A stretch of DNA of 64,000 nucleotides, taken from the NCBI GenBank assembly GCA_900547165.1, contig URFZ01000002.1:76247-140246 (forward strand). Reading direction: 5' to 3'. Each line of letters begins with the position of its first letter. The stretch's first letter is position 1. The notes beneath the pieces were generated by a model that saw nothing but the letters and a program-made list of their open reading frames with translations, was not told where the DNA came from and ran no database searches. The position numbers and the translations under genes are program-made. Below, piece after piece: positions 16,618 to 26,158 of this stretch. This stretch comes from an uncultured Eubacteriales bacterium (GTDB lineage Bacteria; Bacillota; Clostridia; Oscillospirales; UBA644).

Positions 16618-17982
16618 TTAGTTCTTAAAACTGTGTATCGGCGCGGGAATCCTGCCCTCACGCGAAACGAACGCTTCGCAGGAGGCTTTGTTGACGGGCA
16701 TCACGGGCGCATAGCCGAGAAGTCCTCCGAATTCGACCGTGTCGCCTACGTCTTTGCCTATTACGGGAATAACGCGAACCGCAGTTGTTTTCTGATTTAT
16801 CATTCCTATCGCGGCTTCGTCCGCAATAATTCCCGATATTGTCGCCGCCGATGTATTGCCCGGAATGGCTATCATGTCAAGCCCTACGGAGCAAACGCAG
16901 GTCATCGCTTCAAGTTTTTCTATTGTCAGATATCCCGCCGTTACAGCGTCTATCATGCCCTGATCTTCGCTGACGGGAATAAACGCGCCGCTGAGACCAC
17001 CAACATAGGAAGACGCCATAACACCGCCTTTTTTGACTTGGTCGTTGAGCAACGCGAGCGCCGCCGTTGTGCCGGGCGCGCCGACGCTTTCAAGCCCTAT
17101 TTCTTCAAGTATCTGCGCCACGCTGTCTCCCACGGCAGGAGTGGGCGCGAGCGACAGGTCGATTATTCCGAACGGAACGCAGAGCCGTTTTGACGCTTCC
17201 TGTGCCACAAGTTGTCCGACGCGGGTTATCTTGAACGCAGTCTTTTTAATCGTTTCGCAAAGTGTTTCAAAGCCCTGCCCGCGAACTTTTTCAAGCGCAC
17301 ATTTTACAACTCCGGGGCCGCTGACGCCCACGTTGATTATCGCGTCCGCTTCCGTAACGCCGTGGAAAGCCCCCGCCATGAACGGGTTATCGTCGGGTGC
17401 GTTGCAGAACACAACGAGTTTTGCACAGCCGAGGCTGTCGTTTTCCTTTGTCTTTTCCGCTGTTTTAAGCACAACTTCACCCATGGTTTTGACCGCGTCC
17501 ATGTTTATGCCCGTTTTCGTCGAGCCGACATTGACCGACGAGCAGACGAGTTCCGTTTGCGCCAAAGCGTCGGGAATGGATTCCATAAGCAACTTGTCCG
17601 CAGGTGTCATGCCTTTTGAAACAAGTGCCGAAAATCCGCCGATGAAGTTGACCCCGACTGTTTTTGCCGCTCTGTCAAGCGTTTTCGCTATCGCAACAAA
17701 ATCATCTGTCGTTTTGCAGCAGCCCGCGCCGATAAGCGCAATGGGTGTGACCGATATTCTTTTGTTTACTATGGGAATGCCGAACTCACGCTCTATCTCT
17801 TCTCCGACAGAGACGAGGTTTTTTGCCTTGCCTGTTATTTTAGCGTAAATCTTTTCGCAGACTTTTTCGACGTCTCCGTCGCAGCAGTCAAGCAGACTTA
17901 TGCCCATGGTTATGGTTCTGACGTCGAGTTGCTGATGCTCGATCATCGAGTTTGTTTCGTTGACTTCGTATATGTTTATCAT
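16618..17982 (-). CDS. UPF0210 / DUF711 (PFL-like) family protein
   Basis: 454 aa. N-terminus [19 protein letters not shown] and overall sequence typical of UPF0210. Confidence 0.85.
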   Translation of the reverse strand: MINIYEVNETNSMIEHQQLDVRTITMGISLLDCCDGDVEKVCEKIYAKITGKAKNLVSVGEEIEREFGIPIVNKRISVTPIALIGAGCCKTTDDFVAIAKTLDRAAKTVGVNFIGGFSALVSKGMTPADKLLMESIPDALAQTELVCSSVNVGSTKTGINMDAVKTMGEVVLKTAEKTKENDSLGCAKLVVFCNAPDDNPFMAGAFHGVTEADAIINVGVSGPGVVKCALEKVRGQGFETLCETIKKTAFKITRVGQLVAQEASKRLCVPFGIIDLSLAPTPAVGDSVAQILEEIGLESVGAPGTTAALALLNDQVKKGGVMASSYVGGLSGAFIPVSEDQGMIDAVTAGYLTIEKLEAMTCVCSVGLDMIAIPGNTSAATISGIIADEAAIGMINQKTTAVRVIPVIGKDVGDTVEFGGLLGYAPVMPVNKASCEAFVSREGRIPAPIHSFKN

Positions 17983-17995
17983 CGCCGTCGCCCCG

Positions 17996-18268
17996 TCAGA
18001 TCCTGTGCATCATTTCAAATATTTCTTCTTTTTGAGTGTGAACGACAACTCCCATTTCTTTTCCTATATCGGAAAGAGAACTCTCTATCTCCGAAAAGCC
18101 CTTTGCCGCCGCCGAAAGATCGACTATCATCATCATGTTGAAATAGCCGTGAACTATCGTTTGCGAAATGTCCAGGATGTTGACGTTGTTTTCAGAAAGG
18201 TATGTGCAGGTCTTTGCTATAATGCCTACGCTGTCCTTTCCGACGACCGTGATTACCGCTTTGTTCAT
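17996..18268 (-). CDS. ACT-domain protein (UPF0237)
   Basis: 90 aa. [37 protein letters not shown]. Confidence 0.85.
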   Translation of the reverse strand: MNKAVITVVGKDSVGIIAKTCTYLSENNVNILDISQTIVHGYFNMMMIVDLSAAAKGFSEIESSLSDIGKEMGVVVHTQKEEIFEMMHRI

Positions 18269-19326
18269 TTTTTTCCCTCTTTTACGATTTTTTCAATCTG
18301 CTCTTTTATAACTCCGAAGACTTCGTTTTCCGAGATGTCTTTTTTAACCGTTTTACCGTCCTTGAACAGAACGTATTTGCCGTTTGCGCCCGTAACTCCG
18401 AAATCCGCTTCTCCGGCTTCTCCTATGCCGTTGACGACGCAGCCCATGACCGCTATTTTTATCGGGGTCTCAATATCCGAAAATTCGTCTTCTATTCTCG
18501 TTGCAAGCGCCACCGAATCGACAGTTGTTCTTCCGCAGGTCGGACAGGAAATGACCTCGATACCGCTTTTCCGAATCCCGAGCGAGCGCAAAAGCGTTTT
18601 TGCCGTTCTGACTTCTTCTACGGGATCCGCGGTCAGCGAGACCCGTATGGTGTCTCCTATGCCGTCAAGAAGCAATGCGCCTATTCCGACGGCGGATTTT
18701 ACCGTCCCCGTGCGGAGCGTTCCCGCTTCGGTAACTCCGACGTGCAGAGGGTAACCTCTGTCATTGTACTTTTCCGCAAACAGACGATATGCCGAGACCA
18801 TAACGCGGACATCGGACGCTTTCATTGAGACCACGATGTCCTCAAACCCGCAGTTTTCAAGCAAACGGACGTTGTTGTATGCGCTCAAAGCAAGCGCTTC
18901 GGCGCAGGGGTGTCCGAACTTTGCAAGCAGGTCTTTTTCAAGGGAACCCGCATTGACACCGACGCGTATCGGAATATTCTTTTTGTAAGCTGCGTGCGCA
19001 ACTTCTTTTATGTGTTCCGCGCCGATGTTGCCCGGATTTATCCGTATCTTGTCCGCGCCCGCTTCGATCGAGGCAAGTGCAAGACGGTAGTCGAAGTGTA
19101 TGTCTGCGACAAGCGGGACGGATATTGCTTTTTTCAGGTCCGCGAACCGTTCCGCCGAAAGTCGGTCGGGAACAGATGCGCGTATTATCTGGCAGCCCTC
19201 TTTTTCCAATGCGAGAGCCTGCGCTTTCAGTTCGTCAAATCTTGTGAACGGCACGTTCGTCATCGACTGTATCGAAACGCTGCCGTCGCCTATCGGAACA
19301 TTTCCTATATAAAACTGCTTTTTCAT
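18265..19326 (-). CDS. ispG: 4-hydroxy-3-methylbut-2-en-1-yl diphosphate synthase
   Basis: 353 aa. GDGSVSIQSMTN, RINPGNIG, Cys cluster SCPTCGR...GCVVNG. Confidence 0.95.
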   Translation of the reverse strand: MKKQFYIGNVPIGDGSVSIQSMTNVPFTRFDELKAQALALEKEGCQIIRASVPDRLSAERFADLKKAISVPLVADIHFDYRLALASIEAGADKIRINPGNIGAEHIKEVAHAAYKKNIPIRVGVNAGSLEKDLLAKFGHPCAEALALSAYNNVRLLENCGFEDIVVSMKASDVRVMVSAYRLFAEKYNDRGYPLHVGVTEAGTLRTGTVKSAVGIGALLLDGIGDTIRVSLTADPVEEVRTAKTLLRSLGIRKSGIEVISCPTCGRTTVDSVALATRIEDEFSDIETPIKIAVMGCVVNGIGEAGEADFGVTGANGKYVLFKDGKTVKKDISENEVFGVIKEQIEKIVKEGKK

Positions 19327-19331
19327 ATTGC

Positions 19332-20459
19332 CTATAAGAAGATAACGTCTTTTATCGCTATCACTATTGCCAACCCGAATATAAGCACCATGCCGACCGC
19401 GTTTATCACACCCTTGACTTTTTCGGGTATCTGTTTTCTTGTTATCATTTCGATAAGGAGCAGGAACGCCTGCCCTCCGTCAAGCGCGGGGAGGGGAAGC
19501 AGGTTTATTACCGCAAGGTTTATCGAAATAAATCCGAGGATATACATAAACGACGCTATGCCCGCGTCAGCCGCCTGTTTTATCACGGTTGACGCTCCGA
19601 CAGGCCCCGAAATGTATTTTACGGAAATTTTGTTCGTTACAAGGTCGTACAGCGTCTCATACATGACTTTGACCTGCGAAAACGTGTCCGCAAACGTTGT
19701 CTTTATAACGTTGCCGACCGTCTTTTTCTGTGCATAGACCTTGAAGTCCACAGAGAACAGAATAAGTTCGCCCCGTGCCGCGTCTTCTTCCGTTGCGGGG
19801 TCGCCTTTTGACGTTATGCGCGGAAATTTGACGTCTTTGAGTTCTATCGGTACTCCGTCTCTTTCAACCGTAACATCAACGGACGTTTTTCCGATATTGT
19901 CCTGAAACGCTCTTGAAATATCGGTATACGTCGAAATTTTTGTGTTTCCTATTTTGACTATTTTGTCGTTTTCCCGAAGTCCCGTTTCGTAGGAGACGGA
20001 ATCGTTTTCAAAAACCGCGATCGTCGTTGTCGGCGTACTTGTTGTCAGCGTCAGAACAAACGTTATCAGTATCGCAACGATTATGTTCATCGTTATGCCC
20101 GCAAGCATAATGATAAGGCGCTGCCATTTGGGCTTTCTGTTCAGCGCGTTGTCGCATTCGCTGTCCTCGTTTTCGCCCTCCATGGAAACAAAGCCGCCTA
20201 TCGGAAGCAAGCGTATCGAATACGCCGTGTTTCCGTCGGGGTCGAGTTCGGGCTTTTCTTTTGAGAAAAACGAGGTGACTTTTTTCTTGCCTGTCGCCTT
20301 AATTTTTTTGACGCTTATCAGTTTGGGACCCATTCCGAGCGAAAATTCATTCGTCTGAACCTTGAATATCTTTGCCGCAACAAAGTGTCCGAGTTCGTGA
20401 ATGAATATAAGGAATCCGAGCCCGAGAACCGTATAAAGAACCTGCAAAACTACATTCAT
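19332..20459 (-). CDS. rseP: RIP zinc metalloprotease RseP/RasP
   Basis: HELGH, PDZ region, NLLPLPALDGG. ATG at 20459 forms an ATGA overlap with the dxr stop. The TTG at 20465 in the ORF track was not preferred. Confidence 0.9.
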   Translation of the reverse strand: MNVVLQVLYTVLGLGFLIFIHELGHFVAAKIFKVQTNEFSLGMGPKLISVKKIKATGKKKVTSFFSKEKPELDPDGNTAYSIRLLPIGGFVSMEGENEDSECDNALNRKPKWQRLIIMLAGITMNIIVAILITFVLTLTTSTPTTTIAVFENDSVSYETGLRENDKIVKIGNTKISTYTDISRAFQDNIGKTSVDVTVERDGVPIELKDVKFPRITSKGDPATEEDAARGELILFSVDFKVYAQKKTVGNVIKTTFADTFSQVKVMYETLYDLVTNKISVKYISGPVGASTVIKQAADAGIASFMYILGFISINLAVINLLPLPALDGGQAFLLLIEMITRKQIPEKVKGVINAVGMVLIFGLAIVIAIKDVIFL

Positions 20460-21607
20460 AAGCAACCCTGTCTGACCTTTCGGTCCGTTTCAAAAATATC
20501 TTCTATGTCGGGATTCTGTATTATCGGAGTGTCGTTCAATGCCCGCTCCGCAACGTCCGCTATCTGCAAAAAGCCGATTTCGCCGCCGAGAAAACGAGCA
20601 ACCGCAACTTCATTCGCAGCATTGAAGACCGTTGGCGCCGTGCCGCCCGTTCTTATCGCCTGCCTTGCCAGCGAAAGAGAGCGGAAAGTTTTTTCGTCGG
20701 GTTCGTAAAACGTCATCTTCGCAAGGCTTGCCAAATCGAGTTCCGCCGCGGGGGACGGCCTTCTGTCGGGATAAGTTATCGCGTACTGTATGGGAACTCT
20801 CATGTCCGGCAGCCCGAGCTGCGCGATTATCGCGTTGTCCTCAAACTCGACCGCCGAATGAACGATGCTTTCTCTGTGAATAACGACTTTGACCTTGCTT
20901 TCGTCCACTCCGAAAAGGCGGACAGCCTCGATTATTTCAAGTCCCTTGTTCATCAGCGTTGCGGAATCTATCGTTATTTTTTTGCCCATTTTCCATGTCG
21001 GGTGCGCAAGCGCTTTTTCGGGCGTTATGTCTTTCAGTTCTTCCGCCGTCTTTCCGAAAAACGGTCCTCCCGAAGCGGTCAGCAGAAGTCTTTTTATCTT
21101 TGCTTTGCCTTTTCGTGTTTCAAGACATTGAAATATTGCCGAATGTTCGCTGTCCACGGAAATTAGAGAAACATTCTCTTTTTTTGCAAGGTCGCAAATA
21201 TATTCACCCGCGGTAACTATCGCTTCTTTGTTTGCGAGCGCCGCCGTTTTGTGCGCCTTGATTATCTCTATTGTCGGGCGTGTTCCCGCCATGCCCACAA
21301 TGCCGTTGACGATGAGTTCCGAAGCGTCGTTTTTTATTGTTTCAAAAAGACCGTCTTCGCCGCCGAGAACTTTTGTTTGTGTGTCCGAAACCCTCGATTT
21401 CAGCGTTTCCGCCGCGGTTTTATCCGTGCAGACAGCAAAACTCGGTTTGAATTTTCGTATCTGTTCTTCGAGCAGGTCAATGCTCGAATGCGCCGTCAGC
21501 GTTTCGACTTCGCACCCGAGATTTTCCGCAACGTCAAGCGTCTGCGTGCCTATCGAGCCTGTCGAACCGAGGATGGATATTCTTTTTTTTGTGAAATCTT
21601 TTATCAT
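20456..21607 (-). CDS. dxr: 1-deoxy-D-xylulose 5-phosphate reductoisomerase
   Basis: ILGSTGSIGTQTLDV, LANKE, SVDSEHSAIFQC, HPTWKMG. Confidence 0.95.
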   Translation of the reverse strand: MIKDFTKKRISILGSTGSIGTQTLDVAENLGCEVETLTAHSSIDLLEEQIRKFKPSFAVCTDKTAAETLKSRVSDTQTKVLGGEDGLFETIKNDASELIVNGIVGMAGTRPTIEIIKAHKTAALANKEAIVTAGEYICDLAKKENVSLISVDSEHSAIFQCLETRKGKAKIKRLLLTASGGPFFGKTAEELKDITPEKALAHPTWKMGKKITIDSATLMNKGLEIIEAVRLFGVDESKVKVVIHRESIVHSAVEFEDNAIIAQLGLPDMRVPIQYAITYPDRRPSPAAELDLASLAKMTFYEPDEKTFRSLSLARQAIRTGGTAPTVFNAANEVAVARFLGGEIGFLQIADVAERALNDTPIIQNPDIEDIFETDRKVRQGCL

Positions 21608-22434
21608 TTTGCAAGCGCCGCTATCCCGTCGGCTATAACCTTAACACAGCAGAACGCCGCAGATGTGAACATAACGCTGTCGAATCTGTCCATAATGCCG
21701 CCGTGTCCCGGAATGAGTTTTCCGTAATCCTTGATGTTGTAATTTCTTTTGACCACCGAAGCCGAAAGGTCTCCGATAACCGCAAAAATGCCGCCGAAAA
21801 GCCCCATTGCGATATATACGGCGAACGGGACATTTTCCGTGCCGACGGCAAAACGGACGATGAGCCCCATTATGACGGAGAACAAAACAGAGGTCGCAAC
21901 GCCGCCGATAAAGCCCTCTACGGTCTTTTTCGGGCTGACGTGCGGCGCAAGTTTATGTTTGCCGAAAAATCTGCCGACCATATATGCTCCCGTATCTCCG
22001 CCCCATGCGGTGGTGAAGACGAGTATCAGATAATAGAGTCCGTGTCCCGCGTCCGAACGCAGTATCGTCAGCGTTGAAAAGAAAAGAGAAATGACTATCG
22101 TCATACAGAACAGCGGACAAACGTTTTCGAATTTTATATCTTTCGCAAAACCGAATATTGCGATAATGAACATAAATCCCGCAAGCGCAAAAAGCAGGGA
22201 AAAACGCCAACTGACGCTTGTTTGCGGAATGAACTGATAACCTATTGCATAAGCAACGCAGAACGGCATATAAATTTTGCAGCCTTTTTTGTTTATTGCC
22301 GTTCCGACTTCATATACAGCCAATGCGGAAAGCAGAGCCACCACCGTATTCATTATATACGGAACGCTCGAAAAATATATCCAAACTATCAGCAGTGCCG
22401 TCAGCACCGCCCCCGAAATAACTCTTGTTTTCAT
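21604..22434 (-). CDS. cdsA: phosphatidate cytidylyltransferase
   Basis: Polytopic. C-terminal signature GDLSASVVKRNYNIKDYGKLIPGHGGIMDRFDS. Confidence 0.9.
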   Translation of the reverse strand: MKTRVISGAVLTALLIVWIYFSSVPYIMNTVVALLSALAVYEVGTAINKKGCKIYMPFCVAYAIGYQFIPQTSVSWRFSLLFALAGFMFIIAIFGFAKDIKFENVCPLFCMTIVISLFFSTLTILRSDAGHGLYYLILVFTTAWGGDTGAYMVGRFFGKHKLAPHVSPKKTVEGFIGGVATSVLFSVIMGLIVRFAVGTENVPFAVYIAMGLFGGIFAVIGDLSASVVKRNYNIKDYGKLIPGHGGIMDRFDSVMFTSAAFCCVKVIADGIAALAK

Positions 22435-22437
22435 CTC

Positions 22438-23160
22438 TTATTTCAATCCCCCGAATTTTCTTGTGCGGTGACTGTATGCTTCAATCGCCGCATCCAGATC
22501 CTTTTCTTCGAAATCGGGCCAGCACACGGGAACGGAAACAAATTCCGAGTATGCAGCCTGCCATATCAGAAAGTTCGAAAGTCTCATCTCGCCCGCAGTT
22601 CTCACGATAAGGTCAGGATCGGGTTGCCCCGCCGTGTAAATACGGTCGCAGATGTCCTGTTCCGTTATTTTTTTACCCTTATGTTCTTTTATAAACGAGT
22701 TGACCGCAGCAACTATCTCCGCGCGCCCGCCGTAGTTGACGGCGATGTTCATTTCCATTTTTTTCTCCGATTTTTCGGAAACGCGCGTTATTTTGTCTAT
22801 CATATTTCTCTGGATAAGATTGAATACCTTTGTGTCACCGATAAATCTTACACGTGTGTGGGTGTATATCTCGTCCGAATCTTCTTCGAAATATCCTATC
22901 ATCTTTTTCAGATATTCTGTCAGAATATTCGTCAGCGCGGCAACTTCTTCCGCAGGTCTTCTCCAATTTTCGGTCGAAAACGCATAAAACGTAACGGTCT
23001 TCACACCTTTTTTGTAGCAAAGTCGGGTAACTTTGTCAAGCGTTTCCGCACCCGCATAATGTCCCGCGCTTCTTTTCAGTCCGCGGCTTGTCGCCCAGCG
23101 TCCGTTTCCGTCCATAATGAAAGCGATGTGTTCGGGCATCTTCAAAGAGTTTTCGCTCAT
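22438..23160 (-). CDS. uppS: isoprenyl transferase (undecaprenyl diphosphate synthase)
   Basis: HIAFIMDGNGRWA, FSTENW, RTAGEMRLSNFLIWQAAYSE. Start placed at MSENSL (ATG 23160). Confidence 0.95.
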   Translation of the reverse strand: MSENSLKMPEHIAFIMDGNGRWATSRGLKRSAGHYAGAETLDKVTRLCYKKGVKTVTFYAFSTENWRRPAEEVAALTNILTEYLKKMIGYFEEDSDEIYTHTRVRFIGDTKVFNLIQRNMIDKITRVSEKSEKKMEMNIAVNYGGRAEIVAAVNSFIKEHKGKKITEQDICDRIYTAGQPDPDLIVRTAGEMRLSNFLIWQAAYSEFVSVPVCWPDFEEKDLDAAIEAYSHRTRKFGGLK

Positions 23161-23345
23161 CTCTTCCTCTCTTCTTTTGCAGCACCCGAAAAACAGTCTC
23201 TTTCGGTCGGCAAATGTTCGGGTTTTATCTCTTAAAACTCGTCGGCGCACAGATGTACGGTGCGCCGATGTCTTTCTGTTTCAGTCCATGCCTTTTTGAC
23301 AGACCTTGTATATGCAGCCTCAGGGAACGGACTGTTTCTTTTTTA

Positions 23346-23894
23346 TCAGACGGAAAGTATCTCTTTCGTCTTCTTCTCGGTCGTGTCTTCGATCTTCGCG
23401 ATGTATTTATCCGTCAGATTCTGAATGTCTTTTTCCGCTATCTTCAAATCGTCTTCGGTTATTTCGCTCTTCTTCTTCTGCGCCTTGAATGCGTCCATTG
23501 CGTCGCGTCTTATGGCTCGAATGGCAACTTTTGAACCCTCGGCGGTCTTGTCTATCGTCTTAACGAGTTCTTTTCTTCTTTCCTCCGTCAGCGGCGGAAA
23601 AGCAAGTCTGATTATTTTGCCGTCGTTCTGCGGGTTGATTCCGAGGTCAGAAGCCTGAATCGCTTTCTCTATCTCTTTGAGCAGCGACCTGTCATACGGG
23701 CTGACGGTCAGCATTCTCGGGTCGGGCGACGATATCTGCGCAACTTCGTTGATTTTCATCATCGAACCGTAATATTCAACGGAAATTCTGTCAAGAACGG
23801 ATGCGTTCGCTCTGCCCGCTCTTATGGAAGCAAACTCCGTTTCAAGTGCGGCGATGGTTTTTTTCATTTTTTCTTCGTATGCCGTGTAGTCCAT
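23346..23894 (-). CDS. frr: ribosome recycling factor
   Basis: FASIRAGRANASVLD, INPQNDG, LTEERRKELVK. ATG 23894 with a GGAGG RBS. Confidence 0.95.
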   Translation of the reverse strand: MDYTAYEEKMKKTIAALETEFASIRAGRANASVLDRISVEYYGSMMKINEVAQISSPDPRMLTVSPYDRSLLKEIEKAIQASDLGINPQNDGKIIRLAFPPLTEERRKELVKTIDKTAEGSKVAIRAIRRDAMDAFKAQKKKSEITEDDLKIAEKDIQNLTDKYIAKIEDTTEKKTKEILSV

Positions 23895-23927
23895 AATGAC
23901 CTCCAAAAATAAATTCAAATTGATTTT

Positions 23928-24635
23928 TTAATAAAGAACCGTGCCTATCTGCTCTCCCGCGGCGGCTTTTTCTATGTTTGAGCCGTCTCCGAGATCGAAG
24001 ATGAGAACGGGCATATCGTTGTCTCTGCAAAGAGCCGCGGCGGCGGCATCGATGACTTTAAGGTCTTTTTCAAGCATTTCGCCGTAAGATATTCTGTCAT
24101 ATTTTTTCGCGTTCGGGTCTTTTTTCGGGTCTGCGGTATAAACTCCGTCCACGTTTTTAGCAAATAGGCATATATCCGCTTCGACCTCGATACCTCTCAG
24201 TACCGCCGTTGTATCGGTCGTGAAATACGGGTTCCCCGTTCCGCAGCCGAGAATAAGTATCTTGCCGTTTTCCATTGCGTCTATCGCCGCTTCTTTTGTG
24301 AAAAGCTGTGCGATTTTCGGCATCGAGAGCGCAGAAAGCACTTCCGCCTTCATTCCGAGGTGTTCGAAAACGTCTTTTATCGCAAGACAGTTTATCATCG
24401 TTGCCAGCATTCCCATGTGGTCGGCAACGGATCTGTCCATATCGTTGCCCTGTCTTCCGCGCCAGAAATTGCCCGCGCCGATAACAATGGCTACCTGTGT
24501 GCCGTTTTCCGCGCATATCTTGATTTTTTCGCAGACCTTGCGCGCATTGTCAAAATCTATGCCGTGTCCCTCACCGTTGGCAAGTGCCTCACCGCTGAGT
24601 TTTATCAGGATTCTTTTGTACCTGTGCTCTCCCAT
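23928..24635 (-). CDS. pyrH: UMP kinase
   Basis: YKRILIKLSGEAL, GAGNFWRG, TGNPYFTTDTTA. ATG 24635 with a GGAGG RBS. Confidence 0.95.
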   Translation of the reverse strand: MGEHRYKRILIKLSGEALANGEGHGIDFDNARKVCEKIKICAENGTQVAIVIGAGNFWRGRQGNDMDRSVADHMGMLATMINCLAIKDVFEHLGMKAEVLSALSMPKIAQLFTKEAAIDAMENGKILILGCGTGNPYFTTDTTAVLRGIEVEADICLFAKNVDGVYTADPKKDPNAKKYDRISYGEMLEKDLKVIDAAAAALCRDNDMPVLIFDLGDGSNIEKAAAGEQIGTVLY

Positions 24636-24781
24636 TTTGTCCTCCGTATGACCTGCCGCTCTTTTCGGCGCTGTGCCGTTTCGTTTGCGGCGATTATAAT
24701 ATTGTATATATAATACTATAATTTTTCCGATTTGTAAATAGGCAAAAAGAAATATTATCACTTTTTACCAATTTACTTTTC

Positions 24782-25942
24782 TCAAATCATCGTGATTTTT
24801 TCGGTATAATCCGAAAATGCGCTCCCTATAACGGGCGTTGCAAGCGAAAAAATGTCGGTCGCTCTGCGTTCAAGTGCAATCTGCTCCGCAAATTCGGGAA
24901 CTGCGGCAAGTTCGGGCGTAAAGTTCGTTATCAGCGGCAAATTCGAACTTTTTTTGATATTTTTCATTATTTCCGCTCCGCGTGCGTTGAACGCAAGCAC
25001 ACGCAAAAACGGTATCGTCGGCTCTGCTTTTTTTATGCCGAGAAACGGCGCGATTATCATGCGGCGAACAGTTGCCATGGTGTATCGTTTTGTCTTTACT
25101 TTTTCGTAAAAATCTTCTATCGAGGTCGCTGTTTTTGCCGCTGCGATTATCCTGTTTTCCGCGCCCTCCGTAACGGCGTAATATTCTTTCAGTTCCTCCG
25201 CTTCCGCGTTTCTGAAAAAACCGATGAGCATACGTTCGAGGTTCTCTATCTTTGCGGGCGCTTTGCCCTGTAACAGGAGTTTTTCAAGCGTTTCGGAGGT
25301 CTCTTTCGGCAGGTCTTCTTTCGGCAATACTCCGCCGTCTATCTTCCGCCTTATTTCGGATGCGGACGCAAAGCCCGTACTTCCTCCGTGATAGTTACCT
25401 ACACGTTTTATCGCAACGGGTACGATTTTGCTTTTCAGCCGTTTCAGTTCTTTTATATATTCGACCGCCAGAATATCGTTCGGCTTTTCGGGAGCGAACG
25501 CTCCGAGTTCTTTCAGCGCGTTTGCCCGTGCGGCGGCAAAAGTTTTGCCCTCCGAAAGTTCTTCTTTCAGAACACTCGAAAATTCAGGCGTTTCAAGCGT
25601 TTCGACCGTTTTTTCGAACGTCGGGACATTCGCACTTTCGCTACCGAAACAGAATTTTGATACGACTCCCGTCGCTTCCGCAATTCGGACACAGCCCGCC
25701 GCAAACCTTTCCGCCGAGCCGACCGAAAATGATACGGGAAGTTCCAAAACCAGGTCAACGCCGTTCCGAACCGCGCATTTCGCGCGTTCAAATTTGCTCA
25801 TCACCGCCGGTTCTCCGCGCTGAACAAAACTTCCGCTCATGACGGCGATTATCCCATCTGCTCCGAGTTTTTTTATTTGCGAAATATGGTATGCATGACC
25901 GTTGTGGAACGGGTTATATTCCGCCGCTGTTGCAAATATCAT
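24782..25942 (-). CDS. tmcAL: tRNA(Met) cytidine acetate ligase (UPF0348/YlbM-type nucleotidyltransferase)
   Basis: N-terminus AEYNPFHNGHAYHI...VMSGSFVQRGEP is typical of the family. Confidence 0.8.
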   Translation of the reverse strand: MIFATAAEYNPFHNGHAYHISQIKKLGADGIIAVMSGSFVQRGEPAVMSKFERAKCAVRNGVDLVLELPVSFSVGSAERFAAGCVRIAEATGVVSKFCFGSESANVPTFEKTVETLETPEFSSVLKEELSEGKTFAAARANALKELGAFAPEKPNDILAVEYIKELKRLKSKIVPVAIKRVGNYHGGSTGFASASEIRRKIDGGVLPKEDLPKETSETLEKLLLQGKAPAKIENLERMLIGFFRNAEAEELKEYYAVTEGAENRIIAAAKTATSIEDFYEKVKTKRYTMATVRRMIIAPFLGIKKAEPTIPFLRVLAFNARGAEIMKNIKKSSNLPLITNFTPELAAVPEFAEQIALERRATDIFSLATPVIGSAFSDYTEKITMI

Positions 25943-25981
25943 TTTTTAACTCCGACAATTATTAAATAAATGTAAAACCGC

Positions 25982-26010
25982 TTGCAATTTTTGTTAATTT
26001 ATAATATAAT
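25982..26010 (+). promoter_or_regulatory. promoter of the first acetate kinase gene
   Basis: TTGCAA-17 nt-TATAAT, about 150 nt upstream of the ATG. Confidence 0.55.
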
Positions 26011-26158
26011 AAATTTGTTGTTCTCGGGACGTTTCGTTGTTTTTAACCCGTCCCGAACATATTATACTATATTTTCGTTAAAAAATCAATACGGCGCGAT
26101 GCCGCGTTACCTTTTTCGGTCAGGACGGCTCCCGCGCGGAAAAGACAGGTGGAACAAA

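Noticed and set aside
25971-25986. cre-like (CcpA) site tgtaaaaccgcttgca overlapping the -35 of the first ackA promoter.
   Set aside because: It is only a partial palindrome and does not fit the TGWNANCGNTNWCA spacing (no central CG at the required position). I kept it as a weak possibility only.
26025-26070. Hairpin in the first ackA leader (cgggacg...cgtcccg), considered as a riboswitch or attenuator.
   Set aside because: It has a short 7-bp stem, no U tract, and no resemblance to any riboswitch core I recognise. The evidence is insufficient.
25982-26158. Upstream in-frame extensions of several ORF-track entries: ackA 25982, BMP lipoprotein 7431, pyrH 24761, uppS 23250, frr 23918, clpP 58505, rbgA 63734, lipoproteins 55669 and 56524, giant gene 41369, Wzz 27592.
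   Set aside because: In each case an internal ATG preceded by a GGAGG-like RBS matches the conserved family N-terminus or the signal peptide. The extensions run through promoter or leader sequence.
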